From positions 896,001-960,000 of the forward strand of contig CAVUDP010000001.1 in assembly GCA_963740315.1 (NCBI GenBank): a stretch of DNA of 64,000 bases, given 5' to 3'. Positions 1 through 8,729 of the stretch are shown in pieces. The notes beneath the pieces are model-generated. The model was not told the origin of the DNA. It was given only the letters and a program-made list of their open reading frames with translations, and ran no database searches. This DNA comes from an uncultured cyanobacterium (GTDB taxonomy: Bacteria > Cyanobacteriota > Cyanobacteriia > Cyanobacteriales > Nostocaceae). A program made the translations under genes and the position numbers. Each line of letters starts with the position of its first letter. Positions within the stretch are counted from its first letter, which is position 1.

Positions 1-1
1 G

Positions 2-100
2 TTTACAAGCTATCTAGTTTTAGCGGAAAATATTTCAAGCAAGGATGCAATACCGTTGTTATTTTCTTCGATCGCTAATCATCTAGCGAAAAAGCAGTAA
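2..100 (+). CDS. 3' end of an unidentified CDS entering from the left edge
   Basis: Open frame FTSYLVLAENISSKDAIPLLFSSIANHLAKKQ* ends in TAA at 98-100, 48 nt before the next gene. Confidence 0.4.
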   Translation, partial: FTSYLVLAENISSKDAIPLLFSSIANHLAKKQ

Positions 101-148
101 AACAAACGCATTCGTTGTTAAAATCGTAAATCTAAAATCTCAAATAAA

Positions 149-547
149 ATGACTCAAACTTCAGAAAACACTTTAAAAGTGGCACATCAGGCGTTTGAAT
201 ATTTTACGCATGGTTTAGCGACAGGAGAATGGAATAATTTTTTAGATATGCTTACAGAAGACTTTAGCTTCTGGTTTCCCCAAGGAAAATACCACGGTTT
301 AAATGTCGGCAAACAGCAAGCAAAGGAATTTTTAGAATACGTTGCTTCTTCGTTTAATTCCGGACTTAAAATAACTTCATTAGAAAGAGTTACCAGCAAC
401 GATACAACAGTTGTATTTGAATTTTGCGACGAAGGAAAGTTAATGGGAGAACCTTATAAAAACCGAGTCGCAGTATCCTTTGATGTGCGTAAAGATAAAA
501 TTTACGGATACCGCGAATACTTTGGTAGCGATGGAAAATCGAATTGA
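149..547 (+). CDS. SnoaL-like / NTF2-family protein
   Basis: 132 aa with NTF2-like pattern (FLDMLTEDFSFWFP ... VVFEF ... YKNRVAVSFDVR ... YREYF). Confidence 0.8.
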   Translation: MTQTSENTLKVAHQAFEYFTHGLATGEWNNFLDMLTEDFSFWFPQGKYHGLNVGKQQAKEFLEYVASSFNSGLKITSLERVTSNDTTVVFEFCDEGKLMGEPYKNRVAVSFDVRKDKIYGYREYFGSDGKSN

Positions 548-548
548 A

Positions 549-669
549 CTGACATTTTGCATGATTCTCAAGAAGCCTAAAGAAACCCGGTTTCTTGTCG
601 TGAAAGCGTGAATATCTCGTTGGGAAACACTATTGAAACCGGGTTTCTGAAACTGGTGCAAGATTTGAG
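549..669. mobile_element. MITE (121 bp) with an internal palindrome
   Basis: Imperfect TIR CTGACATTTTGCA / revcomp CTCAAATCTTGCA; 6-bp direct repeat ATTGAA at 543-548 and 670-675; internal AGAAACCCGGTTTC...GAAACCGGGTTTCT. Confidence 0.7.
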
Positions 670-705
670 ATTGAATCAATTATCAATTACCAATTACCCA
701 TTAAC

Positions 706-1170
706 TTAATTATTCTCAATATTTGGTTGACTGAGTTCCTGACATTTAGCTGCTGCGGCTTCATAAGCTGATAAATATTCTTTACCGCCTAACATTACAT
801 CCCCATAATATTCATAAGGTGTATCACCATAGATTGGCAATGGGTCATCTTCGGGATAATCTTCTTTTGACTCATCGATTATCCTTTTAAGCTTTTTAGC
901 AGTGAAAGTATGTGCTGTAAAATACCACATTTCTTGAGAATCGTTGGCTAAATGCGGTAAATTGGGGTCGAGTATTCGCGAATCTAACTCTATCCAAGCG
1001 TGTTCGAGAAGTTGGAAAGGTTTACGTTTAATAACCAAAAAACCTTGAGCATAAACTGCACCCTCAGTAGCCAATACCGCTTTATAAGCATTGTCAAAGG
1101 GTTTTTTAGCTTTACTTTTGATTTGAGTGGCAATTTCATGGGAACCAGCTTCATCCAGTAACTTATCCAT
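706..1170 (-). CDS. Conserved hypothetical protein, possibly transglutaminase/papain-like fold
   Basis: ATG at 1170 (MDKLLDE...); EHAW...ILDP motif. Confidence 0.7.
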   Translation of the reverse strand: MDKLLDEAGSHEIATQIKSKAKKPFDNAYKAVLATEGAVYAQGFLVIKRKPFQLLEHAWIELDSRILDPNLPHLANDSQEMWYFTAHTFTAKKLKRIIDESKEDYPEDDPLPIYGDTPYEYYGDVMLGGKEYLSAYEAAAAKCQELSQPNIENN

Positions 1171-1195
1171 CAGTAGCAAGGATAAAAGCATAGAC

Positions 1196-1480
1196 TACAG
1201 TTTATAGTTTACAGGTTACAGGTCAAAGGTCTGCATGTCAAAGGTTAGGAGTGAGGAGTGAGGAGTTAAGAGTTAAGAGTTAAGAATTATCTACCCCATC
1301 TCCCCATCTCCTCCTCTCCCCATCTCCTCCTCTCCCCATCTCCCCAAAGGTTACTGAGCAGTTCGACGTAGCTCACTGTAAGACTTGTCGAAGTACTCCC
1401 CATCTCCCCAAAGGTTACTGAGCAGTTCGACGTAGCTCACTGTAAGACTTGTCGAAGTACTCCCCCTCTCCCCCATCTCC
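1196..1480. repeat. Composite STRR tract containing two tandem copies of a 51-bp element
   Basis: Heptamer runs and CCCCATCT units; AAAGGTTACTGAGC...TTGTCGAAGTAC at 1346-1396 and 1410-1460. Confidence 0.9.
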
Positions 1481-4267
1481 CTACCAAGCAAATCCAATTG
1501 CGATCGCAGTTAATACACTAAATCCCAAAGTGATAAGCCCACTAAATAATACTTTTTGATAAATGCGGTTTAGTTTGTCTTCGCTAAGTTTTCTTTGGTT
1601 TCTCTCAATTTTTAGTTCGGCAATTAGTTCATTTATTCTTGGTTTTTGCTGCTTCTGAATAAATGCTGCTAAATAATCGTGTACGAGTTGATATCTATCG
1701 GCGGGATTTTCGGGGATTAAAACAACTATCCCTGCTTCTACAAAAATCCGCAATACTAAATCTAATTGATTGGTTTCTTTGCTTAATTCTTCTAAAGATA
1801 AGGCTCGTAAGTTTCTTTCCAATTCCGAGCGAGTTTTTAAGGGACGGGTACCTTTTTCATCTGTAAGTAAATATAATAATAGTTCAGCTACGTGACGATT
1901 TATTTCGCCACAGTCTTCTACTACTTCTTTCATGTAGCGCTTGACTAGTTCTTCTTTGGGACCGCAATTTTTATAATGAACTAATGTTGTAATATTTTCG
2001 GTTTGTAGTTGCGCTCCAACTACTTGTAATTCAATTGGGCGCACTTCTCCGTATTTAGCTGATAAATCTTGCACCAGTTGCTCTATAAAACTTTGTTCTA
2101 AATGAAAATTTGAATGTTGTGTCAGGCGTTCAATTAAAGATTTAGCGTCTGAAGATGCAAAGTTATCTAATTTATAAAGTATATTTTTACTGAGAATATC
2201 ATTGCTAATAATATTCATGCTGGATAAACGATTGCATTCTAATAGATAATGTAGATAATCTTCACGTAAAGACAAAATAACTTTGACATTTAGAATATTA
2301 AGACATTCTCCCATAAATTCAAAAAACTGCTTTCTTCGAGTAGCTGAATCATAAACAAAGAAGAATTCTTCAAATTGATCGAAAATTAATACTATTCTTA
2401 AATTACGCCATTCACTTTGCCGCAATAATTCTAAAATATCTTCTGGTGATTCAGGATTCGAGAATGGAAAATGATAAACTTTTTTTCGTATTTCTCCTTC
2501 GATTCCAAATTGCATTCCTTTAGATTGTAATGCTTGAACTAATAATTTTCCTAATTCATATACCCAATTCGTGTAAATCTTTACTGATATTGGTACTATT
2601 TCCTGTAAGCCAATAGAACTGTGTTTTAAAGCTGGTACTAATCCCGCTTGTACTAAAGAACTTTTACCTACCCCGGAATATCCATGAATAACGATCATTT
2701 TACAGTCGGGACGAGCAATCTTTTCTAATAATTTTTGTACGTCTCTTCCTCTACCAGATGCAGTCATTTCCGGTGCGACTGTTTCTAATACAGATGCTGC
2801 CTGTATGGAAGCTGTATGTAAAGTTTCTACAATTAATGAGGCTTGTCTTTGCGGTTGAATTATCCCCGCACCAATAAAGGCTCTAAAACCATATTGTTGT
2901 TCGATAGAACGCTGTTCTAATTTAACGCGAAATGCTTCTAAATAACGATATTGTTCCCAATATACTTCGCGTAAAGCCTGTAAAATACGAATATATTGAT
3001 GCGGGTTATCTTGAGAACCAATATCCCTTGCCATTTGTAGATGTTTTACCGATCGCGATTTTTGTTCGATATGTCTTTCTGCTATAGCTAATAAAAGTAA
3101 ATATAAGGCGCGATGTTGTAATTGTGCTGACGGTGCTTTGGCGATATTATGTAAAGCTTGATAAGCATATTGTTTCGCTTGATTCCATTGATTTTGGCTC
3201 GATGCAACCTCCGCTAAAAAGCCGTAAGCTTGCGCTACCCGCAGGGGATTACCATATAATTGCTGTAAATCCAAAGACTTTTGAGCAATATTTTTTAATT
3301 CACCCCAATCTGACAAACGTTGTAAAACTTCACCCAAAGGATTAATAAATTTAGCAACTAAATTGGGACGATTTGCTTTAATAAAAATATCAATACTTTG
3401 CTGAAAATATTTTTTCGCGTCTTGTAAAAAATCAACAGATTTTAAACGATATCTTTGAGCTTGTTGAAAATAGCATAACCCGATATAAAACAAAATTACT
3501 CCCATCCGGAATTTAGGATTAGCAAGAAGAGGGAGGTGACAAGGGGATGAGACAAGGGGAGTAGGAGAATAAATTTTTTCTTGTTTGATGGATAATCGAT
3601 CGCTGTCAATTGAATCCCAAAAAGCCAAACTTTGATGATAAAATTTCAAAGCTTGCTCGATCTCACTTTTTAGATAAGCATCTTGTCCCAAAACAAACTC
3701 TACACTAGCTTTGAGAGCAGGTTCTAACTCATGTCCCCTACCTTGTAAATCTTGCAACGCAGTAATCACCTCTCGACGACGCAGATATCCCATTTGCCAA
3801 CCCAAACAGTAAGCGTCTGCCGCCAAAGCTGTAGCAAATAAAGCATCGGTATCTTCCTTTAGAGTTGTGGTTAACTCATTGGTAGCGATCGCAAATTCCG
3901 TAGTAGTAGCCCAACTCTCGAAATCGCTTGCCGAGCGCACCAATTGCGGTAAAACTTCATCCGTCACCCACAGCACAACGGGGAAATTAAACTGCTTGCG
4001 AAACTCCTCCCGCACCTGATTGCTAGCACTCAACATTTGTTTTAAATTATGCACCGACTCTAAGTAAAAAACCATCAAAGCATCCGGTGGATTATCCTTA
4101 ACCTCACAAGCAATAGTTCCATACAAAGTCTTATCAGTAGGCTTCAAATTAAGAATCCGGACATCAATATCCGTAAGCTGTCGCAAGCGCTTTACCAAAC
4201 GCGATCGCAATCTTAAATAATTACACCGCGCCAAAATCAACTTAAACTCACCCACCGAAGCTTCCAA
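1481..4267 (-). CDS. TPR plus STAND (nSTAND1-like) NTPase with a C-terminal TM helix; possibly frameshifted at the 5' end and truncated at the 3' end
   Basis: TPR-like helices, Walker A GYSGVGKSS, Walker B VLIFDQFEE, YQLVHDYL motif; ends directly after the TM segment. Confidence 0.8.
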   Translation of the reverse strand: MEASVGEFKLILARCNYLRLRSRLVKRLRQLTDIDVRILNLKPTDKTLYGTIACEVKDNPPDALMVFYLESVHNLKQMLSASNQVREEFRKQFNFPVVLWVTDEVLPQLVRSASDFESWATTTEFAIATNELTTTLKEDTDALFATALAADAYCLGWQMGYLRRREVITALQDLQGRGHELEPALKASVEFVLGQDAYLKSEIEQALKFYHQSLAFWDSIDSDRLSIKQEKIYSPTPLVSSPCHLPLLANPKFRMGVILFYIGLCYFQQAQRYRLKSVDFLQDAKKYFQQSIDIFIKANRPNLVAKFINPLGEVLQRLSDWGELKNIAQKSLDLQQLYGNPLRVAQAYGFLAEVASSQNQWNQAKQYAYQALHNIAKAPSAQLQHRALYLLLLAIAERHIEQKSRSVKHLQMARDIGSQDNPHQYIRILQALREVYWEQYRYLEAFRVKLEQRSIEQQYGFRAFIGAGIIQPQRQASLIVETLHTASIQAASVLETVAPEMTASGRGRDVQKLLEKIARPDCKMIVIHGYSGVGKSSLVQAGLVPALKHSSIGLQEIVPISVKIYTNWVYELGKLLVQALQSKGMQFGIEGEIRKKVYHFPFSNPESPEDILELLRQSEWRNLRIVLIFDQFEEFFFVYDSATRRKQFFEFMGECLNILNVKVILSLREDYLHYLLECNRLSSMNIISNDILSKNILYKLDNFASSDAKSLIERLTQHSNFHLEQSFIEQLVQDLSAKYGEVRPIELQVVGAQLQTENITTLVHYKNCGPKEELVKRYMKEVVEDCGEINRHVAELLLYLLTDEKGTRPLKTRSELERNLRALSLEELSKETNQLDLVLRIFVEAGIVVLIPENPADRYQLVHDYLAAFIQKQQKPRINELIAELKIERNQRKLSEDKLNRIYQKVLFSGLITLGFSVLTAIAIGFAW
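1500..1507. repeat. HIP1 octamer GCGATCGC (one example; many copies across the window)
   Basis: Also at 4201, 55059, 55101, 55116 and elsewhere. Confidence 0.95.
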
Positions 4268-4300
4268 AGTCCAAGCAAGTTCCTCTAAGCCTTGTTGGTT

Positions 4301-4467
4301 GGAGAGGGGGAGAGGGAGAGAGGGGGAAGAGGGGGAGAGGGGGGAGAAATATTTACATTGTCATCTTTTCCCTTTTTTCGTAATCCTTTACTATCTTCTA
4401 ATTCTTCATTCATAACTTCTAACTCTTAACTCTTGATTCATAACTCCTAACTCCTAACTCCTAACTT
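4301..4467. repeat. GA-rich tract and (TAACTCC)n heptamers
   Basis: ggagaggggg units at 4301-4347; taactcc/taacttc units at 4413-4467. Confidence 0.85.
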
Positions 4468-5829
4468 CTAACTCCTAACTTCTAACTCACTTGCCTCTGC
4501 CAAAATAGGATTGATGTCAAACCAAGATTCGCCACCAGCATCGCGGTATTCAAATACCAAACGACTGTGAATTAAAGTTTGATATTCCCAATCACCTCTT
4601 ACCTTTTTTCGTTTCTTAACCTGACGCAACAATTCCCATTCATCATCAGAAATTTGCATAGTCATTTCATTCCGACGGTAACGAATCAAAGCTTCTAAAG
4701 TTTGACGCGACAAAGGAAGTTTTCTCTCTCTTTGAATCCAATTATTCAACAACCGCAGCAAATCCCGCACGTGTCCACCACTAACCTGACATAATCTATC
4801 TAGGCTTTTTGCATCGTCGAAGATTTCAGTAATTCTATTTAAACGCTGTTGTGGATTCAAATCGGGAAAAGCCCGCGCTAAAACCATTTGTCGTAACAAC
4901 ACCATCCCTGGTTCAAAGCTGCTACCGTCTGGTAATTCTACTGATACCATTGGTAACACTCTAGGGTCTTCGGGAAAACGTTGAGTTAAGTTTCCGTAGT
5001 CACTTGAGAACTTTAATGCTAAAGGCATCGTGTAAACAACATGACAACGCAACTTAGTTAAATACTCGCTCTGATCGATAAATAGATACTCTTGTTGCGG
5101 TCTTCCCCAAGACTTAGCGCGAGAATCCACGCGATCGAGATTATCCACTATCACCACCAAACCATTCTTACCATGCTGCTTTAACTTTTCTACAGCAGGT
5201 TCGAGTAATTCAGAATTAATCGCCTCCAACAACTTAGTCTTTTGAGGACCCAAATACTGATTTAAACGCCCTCGTAAAGTTGCATCATCCTTCGTCTTCG
5301 CCGTAATTTCTCCAATCCCAAAAGCCAGAGAAAACCGATCGGAATCCGAACTAACACCAACATCTCCAACACCCGGAAGTTTAGCCTTAATGCCCATAAC
5401 TTCTGCATTTAGAACCCGCCAAGCACCCTGTAGTAACTCCTTCAACAGACTGGGTTCATCCAAACTTATATTATCTAAACTCTGACTAACCCGACGCGCC
5501 ACACTCAGCAGAAAATCGCCGATATCAACATCAGCCATTTCCATATCTTCACTAGACTCAAAATAGACAACATAAAAGCCTTCTGCTTCCAGTTCCGTCT
5601 TCAGCCTTAACAACTCAGTAGACTTGCCGCAGCCAATATGTCCCGTAAACAACACGCAAGTAGGTTCTTCCGGCGAGAAAAAAGTAATATTATCCCGCAA
5701 CTCCTCAATAATCTTGCCACCTCTTACCGAAGAAAAATCAATATAATACTTTTCGTCTTCAGCATTTTCGATCGCCAGAGTTTTGCTAGGATTCGTAGCT
5801 TGAAAAAACTTTCGTAAATCTATGTTCAT
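4468..5829 (-). CDS. P-loop/AAA-type ATPase, partner of the downstream TPR-STAND gene
   Basis: Walker A GHIGCGKSTEL, Walker B VIVDNLDR, SGGHVRDLL, C-terminal WFDINP. Confidence 0.85.
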   Translation of the reverse strand: MNIDLRKFFQATNPSKTLAIENAEDEKYYIDFSSVRGGKIIEELRDNITFFSPEEPTCVLFTGHIGCGKSTELLRLKTELEAEGFYVVYFESSEDMEMADVDIGDFLLSVARRVSQSLDNISLDEPSLLKELLQGAWRVLNAEVMGIKAKLPGVGDVGVSSDSDRFSLAFGIGEITAKTKDDATLRGRLNQYLGPQKTKLLEAINSELLEPAVEKLKQHGKNGLVVIVDNLDRVDSRAKSWGRPQQEYLFIDQSEYLTKLRCHVVYTMPLALKFSSDYGNLTQRFPEDPRVLPMVSVELPDGSSFEPGMVLLRQMVLARAFPDLNPQQRLNRITEIFDDAKSLDRLCQVSGGHVRDLLRLLNNWIQRERKLPLSRQTLEALIRYRRNEMTMQISDDEWELLRQVKKRKKVRGDWEYQTLIHSRLVFEYRDAGGESWFDINPILAEASELEVRS

Positions 5830-5902
5830 ACCACCAAACCCGTATTTTTAATAACCTCTCAACCCCAATAGATTTACCAGCAGCGTTACTGTACTAGTAT
5901 TT

Positions 5903-6162
5903 GTTCGTAGTAAGGGCATTGGTTCCCTTCCATGCGAGGATTTTAATCGTCAGAATAAGAGTTAAAACTCTTACTACGAACTTTTCTACTCATCATAATT
6001 AAGTTTGTAGTAAGGGCTTTAGCCCTTGTCACAAATCATCAGATAGGAGAGTTAAAACTCTTACTACGAATCTTTCTACTCATCATAATTAAGTTTGTAG
6101 TAAGGGCTTTAGCCCTTCAAGGGAACCAATCCTCAGATAAGATTAAAACTCTTACTACGAAC
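5903..6162. repeat. Three tandem REP-like palindromic units (GTAGTAAGGGC...CTTACTACGAA family)
   Basis: Units at about 5903-5981, 6003-6071 and 6093-6162; relatives at 9835-9925, 18034-18254, 18317-18376 and 37490-37545. Confidence 0.85.
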
Positions 6163-6395
6163 CTTTCTACCCATCAGATTTGTTTTGTAATGTTCGCGTT
6201 TAACTTTCTGCTAATAGCAAGATCGCAAGATGCTGTCCTAAGAGGACACGCTACGCGAACGCACTAAAACTAGAATTAATACTTAAGAAAAAAGCACTAC
6301 AACATCAAACTTATACTATGGTATAGTCCTGATTAACAAAGTGTTAAGTGATAAAATATACTTTTATAAATTAACTTACTACTAGATTACAAATA

Positions 6396-6672
6396 GGTTA
6401 AAGGTTAAAGGTTAAAGGTTAAAGGTCAAAGGTTAAAATTCTTTTTGTCTCCCCATCTCCCCATCTCCCCATCTCCCCATCTCCCCATCTCCCCATCTCC
6501 CCATCTCCCCATCTCCCCATCTCCCCATCTCCCCATCTCCCCATCTCCCCATCTCCCCATCTCCCCATCTCCCCATCTCCCCATCTCCCCATCTCCCCAT
6601 CTCCCCATCTCCCCATCTCCCCATCTCCCCATCCCCCCATCCCCCCATCTCCCCATCCCCCCATCCCCCTCT
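6396..6672. repeat. Composite tract: (GGTTAAA)n, conserved junction, (CCCCATCT)n
   Basis: About 23 perfect octamer units from 6451, followed by CCCCATCC variants. Confidence 0.95.
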
Positions 6673-6740
6673 ATCCTCCAATCCCCTGATATGGCAAAAT
6701 AAAAACGGTGATAAGTTAAATATATTAAGGTAATTTATAG

Positions 6741-7856
6741 GTGAGTTCTACTAAAAAAACTGCTATTGCGCGGCGCGTGGTATTCCCTTTTACTGCCATT
6801 GTGGGTCAGGAAGAAATGAAGCTGGCTCTAATTTTGAATGTGATTGACCCCAAGGTTGGCGGCGTGATGATAATGGGCGATCGCGGAACTGGAAAATCAA
6901 CCACGATTCGAGCGCTTGCGGATTTACTTCCAGAAATTCCCGTTGTGGCTGGCGATCCCTTCAATTCCGATCCTAACGATACAGATATGATGGGTGATGA
7001 AGCTCGTCAAAAGTTGGAGTCAGGTGAAGATATTGCTGTAGAACAGATGAAGGTGCCAATGGTAGATTTACCGTTGGGAGCCACAGAAGACCGAGTTTGC
7101 GGCACTATTGATATTGAAAAAGCTTTATCGGAAGGCGTAAAAGCCTTTGAACCGGGACTTTTAGCCAAAGCCAATCGGGGTATTCTCTACGTTGATGAAG
7201 TCAACTTATTAGATGACCACCTAGTAGACGTTCTCTTAGACTCCGCCGCTAGCGGTTGGAACACCGTCGAACGTGAAGGAATTTCCATTCGTCACCCAGC
7301 GCGTTTTGTTTTAGTTGGTTCGGGGAACCCAGAAGAAGGCGAATTACGACCCCAATTACTTGACAGATTTGGAATGCACGCCGAAATTCGCACCGTTAGA
7401 GAACCAGCATTAAGAGTGCAAATCGTCGAACAAAGGTCAGAATTTGACCAAAATCCGGCTGCATTCATCGAAAAATACCAACAACATCAAGAAGAACTAC
7501 AACAGCGCATCATTAAAGCCCAAGAACTTTTACCCTCCGTTAATATGGATTACGACTACCGGGTAAAAATTTCCGAAATATGTTCTGAATTAGATGTAGA
7601 TGGTTTACGCGGTGACATTGTAAGCAACCGCGCCGCCAAAGCCTTAACCGCCTTTGAAGGACGTAACGATGTCACCGTAGACGACATTCGTCGCGTTATC
7701 GCCCTCTGCCTGCGTCACCGACTGCGGAAAGATCCTTTAGAATCCATCGATACCGGCTACAAAGTAGAGAAAACCTTCTCCCGCGTCTTCGGCGTAGAAC
7801 TTCCAGAAGATGCAGCCAACCTCAACGGAACCGGAGAAAAAGTAAAAGCAAGGTAA
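6741..7856 (+). CDS. chlI: Magnesium chelatase ATPase subunit I
   Basis: [45 protein letters not shown]. Confidence 0.97.
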   Translation: MSSTKKTAIARRVVFPFTAIVGQEEMKLALILNVIDPKVGGVMIMGDRGTGKSTTIRALADLLPEIPVVAGDPFNSDPNDTDMMGDEARQKLESGEDIAVEQMKVPMVDLPLGATEDRVCGTIDIEKALSEGVKAFEPGLLAKANRGILYVDEVNLLDDHLVDVLLDSAASGWNTVEREGISIRHPARFVLVGSGNPEEGELRPQLLDRFGMHAEIRTVREPALRVQIVEQRSEFDQNPAAFIEKYQQHQEELQQRIIKAQELLPSVNMDYDYRVKISEICSELDVDGLRGDIVSNRAAKALTAFEGRNDVTVDDIRRVIALCLRHRLRKDPLESIDTGYKVEKTFSRVFGVELPEDAANLNGTGEKVKAR

Positions 7857-7859
7857 TTA

Positions 7860-8060
7860 GGTTAAAGGTTAAAGGTTAAAGGTTAAAGGTTAAAGGTTAA
7901 AGATTAGGAGTTGGGAATTGGGCATTGGGGATTGGGGATAGGTTAAAGGTGAAGAATAAATTTTCAACTCATAACTCATAACTCATAACTCTCCCCATCT
8001 CCCCCATCTCCCCATCCCCCCATCTCCCCCATCTCCCCCTCTCCCCCATCTCCCCCATCC
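7860..8060. repeat. Composite STRR tract
   Basis: (GGTTAAA)n, (AACTCAT)n and (CCCCCATCT)n runs. Confidence 0.9.
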
Positions 8061-8066
8061 ATCATC

Positions 8067-8369
8067 ATGATTAGAACCTGTTACTCCTGGATACACACTT
8101 TATTTTTAGCAAGTCAATACAATCCACCGAGATTTGTGGAATTAATTATGCTCGGTATGGCATTAATAATGCTGACAATTTCCACTTTTATCGCCGATTT
8201 GCCTTATTTGATTTTGGGTTTAAGTTTCGTGGTTGGGGCATCAGTTTCTATTTTGGTAAGAGAAGCGATCGCACCAACTCCTCAAACGCGAGTTACGAAA
8301 CTAACTGCATTACTCCTGCTTGTTGTTAGCGTTTATGGTTTTGCTGACTTGTTAAAATATTTTTCTTAA
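8067..8369 (+). CDS. Small membrane protein, hypothetical
   Basis: 100 aa with three hydrophobic segments. Confidence 0.7.
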   Translation: MIRTCYSWIHTLFLASQYNPPRFVELIMLGMALIMLTISTFIADLPYLILGLSFVVGASVSILVREAIAPTPQTRVTKLTALLLLVVSVYGFADLLKYFS

Positions 8370-8453
8370 TTTTACTCGCTTCCCTGTCTTAATTCTAAGA
8401 AAGGCTTGCTGAAGCGGCGATCGGTTCAAAAAATATATTCAAAATTAAATTTT

Positions 8454-8496
8454 ATATCCCGTTTGTGCTTTCAACACGAAGGGATATTTCTTTTTT
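8454..8496 (+). terminator. Putative intrinsic terminator
   Basis: ATATCCC...GGGATAT stem followed by a T-rich run. Confidence 0.45.
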
Positions 8497-8603
8497 ATAC
8501 ATACAATCTCAGCAGACAAAATATTAAGATATTTTAAGTAGTTAAGCATTGAATATTGTAATTTTGGCGAGGGAGTAGGCAGTAGAGGAGTAGCGAGTAG
8601 ATG

Positions 8604-8728
8604 TCTCCCCATCTCCCCAAAGGTTACTGAGCAGTTCGACGTAGCTCACTGTAAGACTTGTCGAAGTACTCCCCATCTCCCCATCTCCCCATCTCCCCAT
8701 CCCCCCATCCCCCCATCTCCCCATCTCC
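8604..8728. repeat. Octamer tract with one copy of the 51-bp element
   Basis: Element at 8619-8669, identical to 1346-1396. Confidence 0.9.
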
Positions 8729-8729
8729 T

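Noticed and set aside
5903..6162. Possible CRISPR array
   Set aside because: Palindromic units of about 90-100 bp with related interiors, and dispersed copies elsewhere; REP/MITE-like
6419..6702. ORFs of MGRWGDGE / SPHLPISP repeats (also 8542-8733, 12261-12536, 33852-34303, 62490-62827)
   Set aside because: Translations of stop-free octamer tracts that are open in several frames on both strands; not credible proteins
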